Source: Bigelowiella natans CCMP2755 (Eukaryota; Protista; Cercozoa). Taken from it: DNA of 64,000 nucleotides. The translations under genes were made by a program, and so were the position numbers. The DNA lies in contig ADNK01003252.1 in assembly GCA_000320545.1 (NCBI GenBank), forward strand, positions 11,498-75,497. Reading direction: 5' to 3'. Below the pieces are notes generated by a model. It saw only the letters and a list, made by a program, of their open reading frames with translations. It was not told the DNA's origin and searched no databases. How positions within the stretch are numbered: position 1 is the first letter of the stretch; each line of letters opens with the position of its first letter. Shown here one piece after another: positions 12,900 through 25,014 of this stretch.

Positions 12900-14461
12900 C
12901 GCTCAAGAGACTGCCAGTTCTCAAGTGCAACGTTCGCTCTTGCAAGAATTTCACTCCACGTTGCAAGGCCCACTTTGCGCAAGACGACGACCTCCACGAT
13001 GTCATGGAAGGAACGTTTTGGGACAACAATGGATGTGCTGGACACATCATTCATCTGCCTCTCTCTCGTGACAAGACCAGAGGGGCGACAAAGGCCAAGT
13101 GTGAACTCAAAACGCCTGAGAAGAAGAAGCATGGTGAACACGAGCAGGATTCAGACAAGGATGAGGCAGGAGGAGGCCCCTCTGAGGATTCACTCAAGCG
13201 ATGTCAGAAGGCCAATGGGAAGACATGCTCCACTCTCGTCCCTGGCACATCAGAAGAATGTGACAAGGTGCTTGATGGAGTTGGGGAAAGGGATGGCAAA
13301 GGACTCTGGGACGCGATCGTCAAGGAGTTCGATCACCCTGCCCGGGCAAACGTTAGACGCACACTCAAGAACTGTTTCCAGTTGACCCAAAAGAAGAACG
13401 AAGCCATGTCCGATTGCGTCCATCGATCCAATGAGTTGACAAACACCATCGCATCACACGGGATCAACATCGGGCAGGAAATGAGGCTTGCAGTTCTTTT
13501 GTCCGGACTGGCGCCCAGGTTCGCGGAAACAAGGCTCACTCTGGAATTGGATGAAACAACCACATGCGAACCTGCCACCGTGAAACCAAAGGATCACGAC
13601 ACTCAGGAATTCACTTGCACCAAGAAAAAGGGAGACGACTCCGGTGCCACTGCCTTTTCCATCGAATCAAAGAAACCAATCGGGCCGAAGTCTGCCAAGC
13701 CTCCCCGAGACCATTCGAAATGCAAGTGCCACGCTTGTGGTGAAACCGGTCATCTGCAAAGAAACTGCCCCACGAGGAAGGACCTCAAGTGTTCGCACTG
13801 TTCAAAGAGGGGACACTTGGAGAGCGCATGCAGAAAGAAGGCACGAGACGATGAGATCCGAGAAGCGAAGAACCACAGCTGTGTCGTGGAGGGTGAAGAC
13901 GTGGCCTTCACGATGTCCGGACTGATTGACTCGGACCCCTCAGCTGAGCCGAGCTTCGCACTGTCGACTTGGGGTGTGCCTCCGTTTGCAGCCGGGGATT
14001 CATTCACCGATGATTTTTTTGATTTTTTCGGGGATTCGTCTCCGAATGTCCGGAACCCAGCAACACCCGAAACACCTTTCGAACTTCCAGGTGTTTCCTT
14101 GGTTGTGGGATCGCTCGACCGCCCTGCGGGGAACGCTCTTGTGGAGCCACGCGGACAAGATTCCGAGCCCGCTCTTGCCCCGGACAATTCGATTCGCCCA
14201 TCTCGCTCGAATTCGGAATCCGAACACGACGATGCCATTTTTCGAGCAACCATGCCGAGCTCGCATCCGACATCGAAACGAAGGCGACTCCACGACCCTT
14301 CCTCTTCCGAGGCACGTGCGGCATCTCACGACCCAAGCAACACCATGAGCCATTGGACAATTGATTCGGGTGCGACTCTTGACATCTGCAATGATCGAAA
14401 GGCCATTTCGTGCCCGGAGCCAACATCCAAGCACGTCAAGGTCGCTGATGGGCGTTGCATC
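12900..14461 (+). pseudogene. Copia A gag-protease (hypermutated)
   Basis: ORF 12734-14707 has a gag core (LLSGLAPRF), two CCHC knuckles and DSGA. No Tyr seen in 657 aa. Confidence 0.85.
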
Positions 14462-15233
14462 TGTGATTGTCCCTCTGCGCCGCGCTTGCGCCCGCAACAC
14501 GTCGCGCAACATCCGAACAATCAACGGAAAGTGCAAACCGGCGCCGTCGCCGGTGTGATTCCTGCCCAGTCTCAACAATTGCGAATGCCAGAACTCCGTC
14601 TCGCACCGACACCTCCCTGGGGTCGTTGCTTGCTCTTCGTTCTCTTCGCATCTCTGCCTCCACTTCCTTTCGGCCCACCGCCGTTCAGTTCAATTGCGGA
14701 GGTGTGATTGCCGTTTGCCCACTGCAATCCCCTCCGTTCACTTCCCTCTCTGTCGATTTCCTGGACTCAATTTGATGTGGAGGCAATCCCCTCCGTTCAC
14801 TTCCCTCTGTGTCGATTGAACGGAGGCAATCCCCTCCGTTCAATCCCCTCCCTGTTGACCACTTGTTGACAATGACAACAAACTTGCTGCTCCTGTCGCA
14901 GCCCCCTTTGGCAACTGACTTGTCACCCCCGTGCCATTGCGACAACCGCTTGTCGTGATGACGACCATTGCGACAACCGCTTGTCGCAATGTGACAACAA
15001 CGACAATGATGATGACCGTGACGACAACCGCTCGTCGCAATGATGACCGGTTGCGTCCCAAGCGCCCCCTGCCAACGGGCCGCCAAACAGGCGCCAATGC
15101 AGGCGCCAATGTGACCAAACAGGCGCCAATGTGGGCGCCAATGTGATGACAACAGGCGCCTGTGCGCGCCACGCTGTGTCCGTCATGACCAGGCGCGACG
15201 TGTGTTTGTGCATCAGGATGATGCATGACTGCA
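14462..15233. mobile_element. 772-bp solo LTR of a third family, inserted in the Copia A protease region
   Basis: Begins TG, ends CA, flanked by 5-bp TSD GCATC (14457-14461, 15234-15238). Removing it restores in-frame VADGRCITASPKGTV. Contains short tandem repeats (aatcccctccgttca, gacaaccgcttgtcg, ggcgccaatg). Confidence 0.82.
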
Positions 15234-15953
15234 GCATCACAGCCTCTCCAAAGGGGACAGTCGGTGCATTCAAAGGTGTGCATTGCTGCCCCGAGAGTTC
15301 TGTTGATTTATTGTCTGCAAGCAAGACTGATCGATGGTGGATGTTCTGTCAGGTTCCATTCCGGAGAGTGCACCATTCAAGGCGACGCCCAGACGCACGC
15401 AGCACGTCTGAGCGGCGGCCCATGTCGCATGCCTCTCACTCATGGAACACCTGCCGATCAAGCGCTCGCAATCACGAACTCGCCAAGCAGTGCCAGACTT
15501 TGGCACTTGCGGCTGGGGCATGTCTCGAATGAGCGCCTGTCATCTCTGTCCAAATTGGGCATCATCCGAGGCTTGACCTCACTCGGGACGCCATGCGCCG
15601 CATGCCTTTCTGCGAGTCGTGTGCCCTGGCCAAGACTGGACACGCTTCGTTCAACAAAGTGGCCAGCAGTCGCCCAACTCGGATCTTGCAGACCACGTGC
15701 GCTGATGCATGCGGACCCGTGCCAGCGTGGCGACCAAATCCCTTGCTGGTGCCAGTCGTCATGTCACATGCTTTTGCGGCTGCAGCACGCGCCCCTGGGT
15801 GTTCTTCGTGTGTTCGAAAGCCCGTGCATCCCTGGAGCTCCTCTCCTTTCTCAAGACTGTCCGCGGCCCGCGCGGCGAAAGACGCCACACCCTTGTCACT
15901 GATGGGGGAGAATTCGACTCGGATCACTTCCGTGAGTCCCTGGAACACACGGG

Positions 15954-16369
15954 TTTCAGCGGGCTTGCGGTGGCTGCTGGTGCTTGTGCGCGGGACTGTG
16001 TTGTTGACGTGGCAAAGTCAACACGCGGTCTCGTGTGCTTTTGAATTCTGATGATGACTTGTGACTTGCGCTGCACGCATGTGCGCATTGGATTCCGGCG
16101 CATTCGCGAAGATTCTCGAATCTTCCAGAATTCTCTCGAATTCTCTCGAGTGTTCTGGAAGATTCCCGAAGTTTCCGGAACGCTCTCGAAGATTCTGGAA
16201 GTGTCTCGAATCTTCCGGAGTGTTCTCGAAGCTTCTGGAAGATTCTCGAAGATTCCCGAAGTTCTGAGAACTTCCATGCGCACGTGCGCAGCGCAGCGTG
16301 CAGCACGAGTGCACGTGCGCATGCTGCGACAGCTCCTTGATCGTGGGTGGCGCGGCCAGACCGCTGACA
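15954..16369 (-). repeat. 3' LTR of Copia B
   Basis: About 5 nt differences (by eye) from 22206-22621. Confidence 0.95.
16102..16263. promoter_or_regulatory. Heat-shock-element-like array (alternating nGAAn/nTTCn pentamers) in Copia B LTR; second copy at ~22354-22515
   Basis: TTCgcGAAgaTTCtcGAAtcTTCcaGAA... keeps a strict 10-bp period for ~160 bp. Confidence 0.7.
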
Positions 16370-16896
16370 CGCCCCCATGGACGTGGTGACCACGATCAGA
16401 GTGCTGATGTGCACGTGCCATTTCTGCCATGGTGACAGAACTTTTGCACGGTGCTGCACATGGACGCCATTCCCAAAGGTTTCGGAGTCCGAATGGTTGA
16501 CAAAATTTTGCCGACCAAACATCGCACCACCAGACGCCTGAAACTCTGTGCAGAGGCACAAAATTCCCAGGCTTGCAACTGGGCAAGGTGCCATGGGCAT
16601 GGTGCACTCCGAAATCGGCAGGAAAAATTCTTGCCTGACTGGGCAAGGTGCCACCATTTCGGTACGAACTGGGACTTGTCCAAAAAAAAATCAAAATTTT
16701 TTTTTTTGGACGACACCAGTGTGCTTCCAGAAAAAATTCTGGAATCCCTCACGTGCTTCCAGAAAACATTCTGGAACGTTCTGGAACGTTCTGGAACACC
16801 GATCTGGTTTCCCATGGTCAGGTCCCCAAATTCAGGAACTTCGATCGACCGTGCTTTTGACTCTTCACCTTGCCCCACCTCTCGTGATGAGGCGAG

Positions 16897-19800
16897 CTAC
16901 GTGCACGTCCACGTCCCCCAATGGAGCTCTTCCCTGAGAGACGAAATTGCGGGCTGGGCTCCAAGTGCTGTTGGCTGGCTGGGTTGCAGAAATTGCGGGC
17001 TGGGCTGCAAATGCTGTTGGCTGGCTGGGTCGCAGCCATGCCAAATCGAGAAGGAATGCCGAAGAAAATGCAGTCTGCCTTCGTGGGTCTGAAGGCATTG
17101 ACAATGGACATGGCAACAGCACGTGCATTGCACGTGTGTCACGTGTGTGACATCACGTGTCTGCAATGTTGTGCTCTGGTCATGGCGACATTGTTCTTCC
17201 ATGCCTCCACACAGGGAAGGCAGTTTTTTTTCTGTCTTGTTCATTTTCAATTTCGTGGGTGTCTCGTGGTGTGCAGCCTCGTGTCTTGTTCTCGTTTTGC
17301 AGGCATCCTGTCTTTGTTCCACATTCGCCCCCATGATTGTGCAGTGTCTGGAAGACAGACACTGTGCAATTGTGCAATCCACAGCGCAATTTGCATTCGC
17401 CCCCATCGGAGCTGTGCACACAGCTGTGCACGTGGTCCATGGTGAGATGCGCAAGGAAAGGCACACACACGTGAAGATGTGTGCCATCAAAACCTTGCAG
17501 CCCACGTGTTCACATGTTGCAGGTTTCTGGATGGACGTGGGGCTTTCACAGGGCGTCCAAGCGGACGTGGGGCCGACAAGGCGAGGGAGCTTGCAAGGTG
17601 GAGCCTTTGCAGTCATTTTTCTTTTTCTGGTGCCTTGCAGCATGATGGTCAGTTTTTCTCTGTGTGATGCAGGGAACAAGAAATCACAGTGTTTCTTGTT
17701 GCTAGGTCCTGGCAGAGCCTTGGTGAGCACATCAGCGGGATTGTCCTCCCCAGGCATTTTGTTCATGCAGATCTGCTTGGTTTGATGGTCATCACGAACA
17801 TTGTGACATTCCATCCTCACGTTCTTGCCTTTCTGTGTGAATCCAGGCTTGGCTGCAATGGAGATGGCTGCTTGAGAGTCACAACACACAGGCACAGGTT
17901 TCGGTGTTTTCATCTTTGACTCCTGTGGCAACTGAGTGACATGCACTGACTCTCTGCATGCATCTGATGATGCCACGTGCTCAGCCTCGCCACTGGACAT
18001 GGCAACGACCTTTTGCTTGTTGCTCTTCCAGACAACAGGTGCGTTGCTTGACGATGTGAAATGTCCTGAGTGTGATTTGCCTGTTTTCTTGCAGGTCTTC
18101 CAGGAAGCATCGACGTGGGCTTCAAGCTCAGGTTTGGACGCTGCTTTGAAGGTGATTCTTTTGTCCTTTGTGTTGACCAGACATTGCAGCAAGCGCACTG
18201 CAGCGATGTGGTGCATGGTTCTAGGATCTTGACTGTGGGAAGCTAGACGAGATGGAGTGCAGCAGATGTCTGGCCTAGCAGCCACCGCCGCACACATTGC
18301 GGCTCCCATGATGGATCTGCATGCCTTTTGATCCACTTTCTCATGCTCCTCGCATTCGTCTAACTTTGATCCTGTTGTCATTGGTGTTTTTGCTCTTTTT
18401 GCAGGCGTGATGTCGCACTTCTGGGCGAGTCTGGTGAGGTGATCTTCCTGCGATGTCCAATGGTTTCCTTCATTGTCGCTACCAACTCTTGTGCCCAGTG
18501 TTTTCTTCAGCTCGCCTTCATCGCGAAACTCAAACTTGTCGCCCATTCGCTTCATGACAAAGTCCAGGTCTTTCTCATCTTGATGTGCCATGCACGTGTC
18601 ATCCACGAAACATGACAACGTGATGATTCTTCCTTGTCTGTGCATCATCATTGGGCAAGGATCGGAGTGAAGCTGGACAAAGCCAATGGCGTTGAGATGC
18701 TCGAGCAAGGTGAGGCTGAACATTGCACTTGCTTGTGTCAGCCCATGAATGCTTTCATTTGCCAGTGGGGCTAGTGGAAGGCCACTGTTGCATGGCCGGA
18801 TTTCATCAGGTGTCTTCGGCTTCCACCCTTTGGGCATTTCCATGCACACTTTGCAGTCCATCTTTCCAGTTGGGAAAGCTGCAAGTGCATCTGTCCCGCA
18901 CAGTTCAAGCTTGAGGACAGATGCCATGGCTGACATCATCCGAAAACTGCTTGGGGACAACGTCGGGGAATGAGAGAAGAAGAAGTCTTCTCCCGGGATC
19001 TGCGTGAACCCTCGCGCGACCAGCCTTGACTTGCACCGAATGGCATGGTCTGCATTCATTTTCTTCTTGAATGCCCATTCAGATGCAACCAAATTTGCAT
19101 CCTTGGGTCGCACCACCAGCGTGAACGTTCCAAGTTTTCGAAGCTGGTGCAGTTCCTCTTCCGCAGAAGGTGTCCAATGCTTCTCATCATCTCCTGTGAT
19201 TGCATCGTCATGCGTCTTGGGAAGGTCCTCGATCTCATGTGCTGATGGAGCTTTTGTGTTCATCAGGCGGTCGCAACAGCTACCAAGTGTTCCGTGACGA
19301 ACACCAGGTACTCCCCTGTTTTCTCTGTTCGACCTTCGAGGCTTGCTTTTTGCTTTTGTTTCAGGCCCACCATCCTCTGGCAACTCGTCAGTTGCACTGG
19401 ATGGTTCGGGGGCGTCCGCGTCGGCAGGACCTTCTGGATGAAGGTGCGCCAAAGCCGAATCACTAACTTTGTTTCTCTTCAGCGAAGGAAACTCAAACAC
19501 TGTGTGGTGCCATTTAGTTGCACGGACTCTTTCAATTTTCAGCGTCTTCGTGGCGACGAGAAAAGCACCAAATCCATCGTCATGTCCCAACACACGCACG
19601 TGTTCACCTCTAGCACCCACACCACCTGCAGGTCGGAGTTCCTTGTCGATGTGGTTTGCTCCGATGCATCCCCAGGTAGTCAGATTCTTCAGATTTGGTT
19701 GCTCATGGTGCAGTAGTTCTTCAGGCGTTTTTCTACCAGGTGTGCTGCGATGTGAGGTGACGTTGTGGAGACATGCTGCAGTCTGAGCTGCGTAGGACCA

Positions 19801-21918
19801 GCATCCGACCGGCAAGCGTGCATGTTCTGACATGGCTCTTGTTTTCGCCATGATGGTCTGCACGTGACGCTCGGACATTCCATTTTGCTCAGGTGTTCGG
19901 GCGGTGCTAGGAACCCATTTTGTTCCTTCGGAGGTGAGCCAGCTGTGCAGTTTTGCGCTCACGTGTTCGCCTCCACCATCCGATCTGAATTCGTCTGTGC
20001 TTCCACAACCTGGAAGCTTTCTGATGTGCTTTGTGAACTGTGTGGTTTTCTGCGTAACTTCGCTTTTCTTTCTCAAGAGCTCCAAGGTGACCCACCTTGT
20101 TCCTTCATGTGCGAACATCACGAAACACTTGTGACCATCCATGCTGTTAGGCATGGTCTTTGCATCAGAGTGAATTCCATTCCACATCCGGTTTTTCTTG
20201 TGGATGACAGGCACACATTTTTGTTTCTTTTTGACAGCATCGTTCTCAATCTTTGCTTTGTTCCGATGCTGTTTCATCCTTTCTTGGGCGCTTAGATCAA
20301 AGATCGGAGATCTTTTTGTTTTGGCTACATCACAGGCCTTGCAAAAGATCTTCTTTGGCATCTTTGTCATCTTGGAACAAGGCAAACCTTCTGCAACTGC
20401 ATGGGTGTCTCTCATCTCATCCGTTGCGATGTGCCCTAGGATGTCATGTGCGTGCTTGATTGGAGATGGCTGCTTCATGGGGTGGGATTTGAATCTTTGT
20501 GTGTTTGCACTTTTGTTCATTTGTTCACATCTCAAATGAAATGGGCCGTCGTCTTGAAAGTCTCCGAACGCGTGTTCCTCTCCGTTGGCGGTGATGCTTG
20601 TTCCTTGTTTTGTTCCTTTGCACTCGCTGCCACTCTTGACTAGTCTGTTCAGAGAGATCACATTGCCTGCAGCTTCTTCAGAGTGCAAAGCTCCTTGCAG
20701 AACAATTTTGTGCATCTTTCCTTGCTTGTTTTTAGCAGTTAGTTTGACGTCGCCTGCACAATTCACAAAGAATCCTGTCCCATCTTTGCCAACTTCCATG
20801 CATCGTGGTTGAACAGGTTTCAACTCGTTGAAGAAGTCGCGGTCGCAGAAGAAGTGGTTCATGTTGTTGGCTCCGCTGTCGAGAAGGATCAAAGGCTTGT
20901 GGTTGCACTTCAGCGTTTGCAGGTAAGAATTGTCGCGTGCCATCTTGTCAATGCAAGAGGGTCTTTGGGAAGGGGAGCCATGATCAATGAAGGAATGGTG
21001 TTTTCCTTTGTTCTGCTTGCCTTCATCTCTCATCTTGTTTCTGCATTCCTTTTCCCAATGTCCTTTCTTGCCACAGTGATGGCACTTTGTTCTTTTCTTT
21101 GAGTTCAAGAAACAGTCTTCTCTCTTTTGCTTCTTGGAATTGTCTTGACATGGTTCGCTGTTGCATCTGTTCTTTCCCTTTTTGAATTTCCTCTTGTGGG
21201 TCTTCAGCTGACCTGTGAGTTCGTTTGGCCTTTTCTCCAAGCCATCGTGCATCTTCACGTGTTTGTGTTCTGCACTGGTGTGTCCTGCATGTTTCTTTGA
21301 AGGTCTCTGCCCGTCATCCAATGATCGGGAGTTCATGTGGGAGCGGATCATGTCCACTGCAGAGTCGAAGGCAACATCTTTCTTGTTGTTGATGACTGCA
21401 ACCACAGTCTCGCATTTTTCGCTAGGTGCAAGTCCTCGAAGTGGAGTGGCAAGCGCTTGGTTGTCGGAGCATCCTTCGTGCTGTGCCCGAAGTCTTCTGA
21501 TCGTCGAGTCAAGGTCAGAATGATGCTTTGTGAAGTCTCCATTGTGCTGACCCATGTTCACATCACTCAGTTTCGAATGAAGTTTCCTGACGGCTGCAGG
21601 ATTGGCAGGCTCGCACTTCTCCAGCAAGGCTGCTGAGGTGACTGCCACGTCTTTGGGTTTTCCTTCGAGCAGATCGAAGAATTTGTCAGGAAGGGTGGCA
21701 GTGAGGAAGAATCTTCCTCTCTTTCTTTTGTTGATCTTTTCTTGTGATCCTCTTCCTTCAGATTTGGGATTGAGGACATCGAATTGCTCCGGGGACAGCT
21801 TGAGCACTTCTCGTCGGTGGGCGGGGTCGGTGCGCACATTGACTTCTGTCACCTTTCCTTCTGTTTCCATGTTGACATTGAAGCATGATTCCAAATCCGC
21901 TGCTTCAAAGGCAGACAT
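16897..21918 (-). pseudogene. Copia B gag-pol polyprotein; frame intact but conserved motifs hypermutated; natural end near 17680, remainder likely read-through
   Basis: CHHCGKKGHWEKEC, LLDSGA, HDILGH, SDGGGEH, TPEQNGMSER, RCKSRLVARG, SIHGLTQA, CFVDD, RPDICC, EAHVDAS, EAEHVA, NPADVLTK. Only 2 Tyr seen in 1673 aa. Confidence 0.92.
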
Positions 21919-22173
21919 CAGCTTGCACGTGTGGGGCTTGTGGTTGCTGCCATCGTGCTTGAGGGTGAAGTTTTTCAGCAGGGAGTCTGTCTGCTTTTCT
22001 GATGCGTTGTTTCGTTCCTGTTTTCTTTGTTTTTTGGTGCTTTGGAGGCTTGATCGAAGATTGGCTGAGGGAATGCTGTTGTCGCTTTCAGTTCCTTCTT
22101 CTGGAAGGATGTAGCTGAAGGGGGGTGGGGGGTTGCTTGGTTCTTTTCTGAGTCAGTTCTCTGGCAAGTCCTC

Positions 22174-22205
22174 TTGAGGCTCACAACCTTTTGAGGCTCA
22201 TGACC
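22174..22205 (-). promoter_or_regulatory. Tandemly duplicated tRNA-Met PBS of Copia B
   Basis: On the - strand GGTCATGAGCCTCAA (22205-22191) is followed by GGTTGTGAGCCTCAA (22188-22174), directly after the 5' LTR. Confidence 0.8.
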
Positions 22206-22621
22206 TTTTGGCGGGCTTGCAGTGGCTGCTGGTGCTTGTGCGCGGGACTGTGTTGTTGATGTGGCAAAGTCAACACGCGGTCTCGTGTGCTTTTGAATTC
22301 TGATGATGACTTGTGACTTGCGCTGCACGCATGTGCGCATTGGGTTCCGGCGCATTCGCGAAGATTCTCGAATCTTCCAGAATTCTCTCGAATTCTCTCG
22401 AGTGTTCTGGAAGATTCCCGAAGTTTCCGGAACGCTCTCGAAGATTCTGGAAGTGTCTCGAATCTTCCGGAGTGTTCTCGAAGCTTCTGGAAGATTCTCG
22501 AAGATTCCCGAAGTTCTGAGAACTTCCATGCGCACGTGCGCAGCGCAGCGTGCAGCACGAGTGCACGTGCGCATGCTGCGACAGCTCCTTGATCGTGGGT
22601 GGCGCGGCCAGACCGCTGACA
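22206..22621 (-). repeat. 5' LTR of Copia B
   Basis: Direct repeat of 15954-16369; starts TGTCAGCGG on the element strand. Confidence 0.95.
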
Positions 22622-22626
22622 ACGGG

Positions 22627-24908
22627 GACAAACCACGTCATTGTCCCCCCTTGCTCCTCCAAATCCAACCGGGCTGAGCGGTGCATCCGGACCACAACCG
22701 AGCTAGCGAGGGTGCTCGCGCCATGCTCGCACATTCTCGACTGCCCCCCTCGTTCTGGGCTGAAGCAGTCAGCTGCTTCGTGCACACACTCACTCGGGTT
22801 CCGACCCGCACGCCAGGGGGCAAATCGGCCGCTCAGTTGTGGGGCCTCTTTTCCGCCCCCAACTTCACCAAGATCCGTGCGTTTGGCTGCAAGTGCCACG
22901 TGGTCACGCCGCACCAGCTTCGCCTCAAGTCTGAAAGGTTCCTTTCTGCTTCACGGCTCGCCGTGTTCCTCGGACTCACTGAAAGTCGCTCAGGGCATCG
23001 AGTGTGCCTCGATGGGTCTCGCCGTGTCGTTTGCCGGCGACCTGTTGTCTTCCAAGAAGATTCCACTGCCCAGGGGGTTCAGCTCTTCGACAACAAGTCT
23101 TCCCCCACCAACCCTGCCCCTCCCGCCATCGTTCCTCCTTCACCTGAGAGGCCTCCTTTGGCCACGGGAGAAAGTGCAGATTCCGGCAAGGGTGCCAGTG
23201 ATGCTGATGGAAGTGACCAAGTCGGCGATGATGCAGGGGATCCCACTTGCAAAAGCACAAGAATTGAAAAACCCAGGGCAACGTTCGCTCCCATGCCAAC
23301 TGCGTGCTCGGCTGAGGAATCCACGGATGACCCCACACACGCTGAGGCTGTGAGAGCAGATGAAAGGAAACAATGGGACGACGACGCGTGCAGGAGAGAA
23401 ATCGATGCACTCACCCGGAACGGAACTGGAGAGCAGTGCATGCCAAGGACCTCTCAGACGACGAGAGAAGGAAAGTCATGCGGAGCCGCTGGGTGCTCAA
23501 GCGGAAACGTGGATCGACTGGGAAGGTTGTCAAGTGCAAAGCGAGGCTTGTCGCCTGCGGCCACTCCCAGACGGATCCTGCCTTCAACCAGCGCTTCGCT
23601 CCCACCATGCGCACGTCCACGCTGAGGGTGATGTTCACGATCCAGACGATGGCCAGCACAAAGCGATGGAAAATCACGGTTGCAGACGTGGACAACGCTT
23701 TCCCACACGGGAACCTGACCAGGAAGGAACACACGAAACCTCCAGTCGACTTCGGCAAGCATGTGCCTGACCACAAACGAGGCATGCTCATCCTCCTCAT
23801 CAAATCCATCTGTGGTCTCAAGAACTCTGCTGCCGTCTGGAGCCGTGCCCTTGGAGAGTTCCTGCTCGAACTGGGATTTGCAAGACTGACAAGTGATCCT
23901 GGGGTGTTCTTGTTCAATGAGAAAGGGGTGATCTGCGTGATTGGTGGCTGGGTTGATGAGTTCATCACGATGTGCAATGACGAATCCTTTCACAAGCTCA
24001 CTGTCAACAAGCTCAACTCAAAGTTCGGAGTCAAGAACTTGGGGGAGCCCTCCTGGTGCCCAGGGCTCAAGGTCACCAAGCGCGATGATGGATCCTGCGC
24101 TCTGAATCAAGGAACTCTCATCGACAAGGTGCTCGGGCAAGCCGGACTCCTGGGAGCTTCGCCAGTCAGCCTTCCCATGTCGCCCAAATTGCGCTCATGC
24201 AAGTCGGGAAAAGGGGACACACGCGTCGATGGCACAAAACGTCGCAGCATTGTCGGTGGTGCCATGTGCTTGATGACGGGAACGCGCCCAGACGTCTCCT
24301 GCGCTCTCAGTGAGTTGTCTCGGTGCGTGAATGATGCATGCGAACGACACTTGGAAGCTGCACACAACCTTCTCCGCTGTTTGAAGGGAACGAAAGATCA
24401 CTCTCTTCCCCTGGGCTGTGGTCCCAAAGACGAGAAAGTGACAATGGAATGCCACGTTGACGCATCTCACGCCTCGGATCTGGACACACGGAGATCGACC
24501 ACGGGCCACATCATCACTCTGAACGGCTGCACGGTGATCTGGAAGAGCAAACGTCAACCCATGGTCACCCTCAGTGGCGCCGAGGCTGAATGCGTCGCGC
24601 TCAGCATGGCGATGCGAGACGTGATGTCATTGAAGTCTTTCCTCGAGGAATGCAGCGTTGTTCGCCTGAAGGAACCATCAGTGATTTTCGAGGACAATCA
24701 AGCAGTCATCAAAATGTCAAGTTCCACATGGACAACCCCAAGGGCTCGCCACATGGACATCCGCTGTTGTCACGTCAGAGAGCTCGTGGGTTTGGGAGCT
24801 CACGAACTCCGCTGCATTCGAATCTCAGACCAACTGGCAGACGCCATCACCAAAGCTGCCAACAAGGAGGCTGTCTTGAAATTTCTGCGCCATGTCTTCA
24901 AGGTGTGA
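22627..24908 (+). pseudogene. Copia A integrase C-terminal part, RT and RNase H (frameshifted, hypermutated)
   Basis: LPPSFWAEAV, IRAFGCKC, KCKARLVACGHSQ, DVDNAFPHG, KSICGLK, WVDE, TRPDVSCA, LRCLKGT, RSTTGH, EAECVA, EDNQA, HMDIRCCH, QLADAITK. No Tyr seen in the 511-aa ORF. Confidence 0.92.
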
Positions 24909-25014
24909 TGCGGAGATGTGCACTTTGCAGTCCTCACTTTTCACCTGCGATCCAAGGTGTTTTTCGACGCATGGACTGCGGATTTGCTCAGTTCCATTTC
25001 CGCAAGGGGAGAAT

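Larger units (their letters stand above)
15954..22621 (-). mobile_element. Full-length Ty1/Copia retrotransposon B nested in the integrase of Copia A
   Basis: 416-bp LTRs at 15954-16369 and 22206-22621, 5-bp TSD ACGGG (15949-15953, 22622-22626), PPT (gggggcg on - strand) at 16370-16376, PBS at 22191-22205. Removing it restores A integrase LEHTG|TNHVIVPP. Confidence 0.95.

Noticed and set aside
16102-16263. CRISPR-like or satellite array
   Set aside because: No unique spacers or cas genes; it is a pentamer-periodic motif inside both LTRs of a eukaryotic retroelement.
16897-24908. Alternative genetic code or natural Tyr avoidance
   Set aside because: Host genes in the same window use TAY for conserved Tyr normally, and non-coding repeat DNA is equally TA-free.
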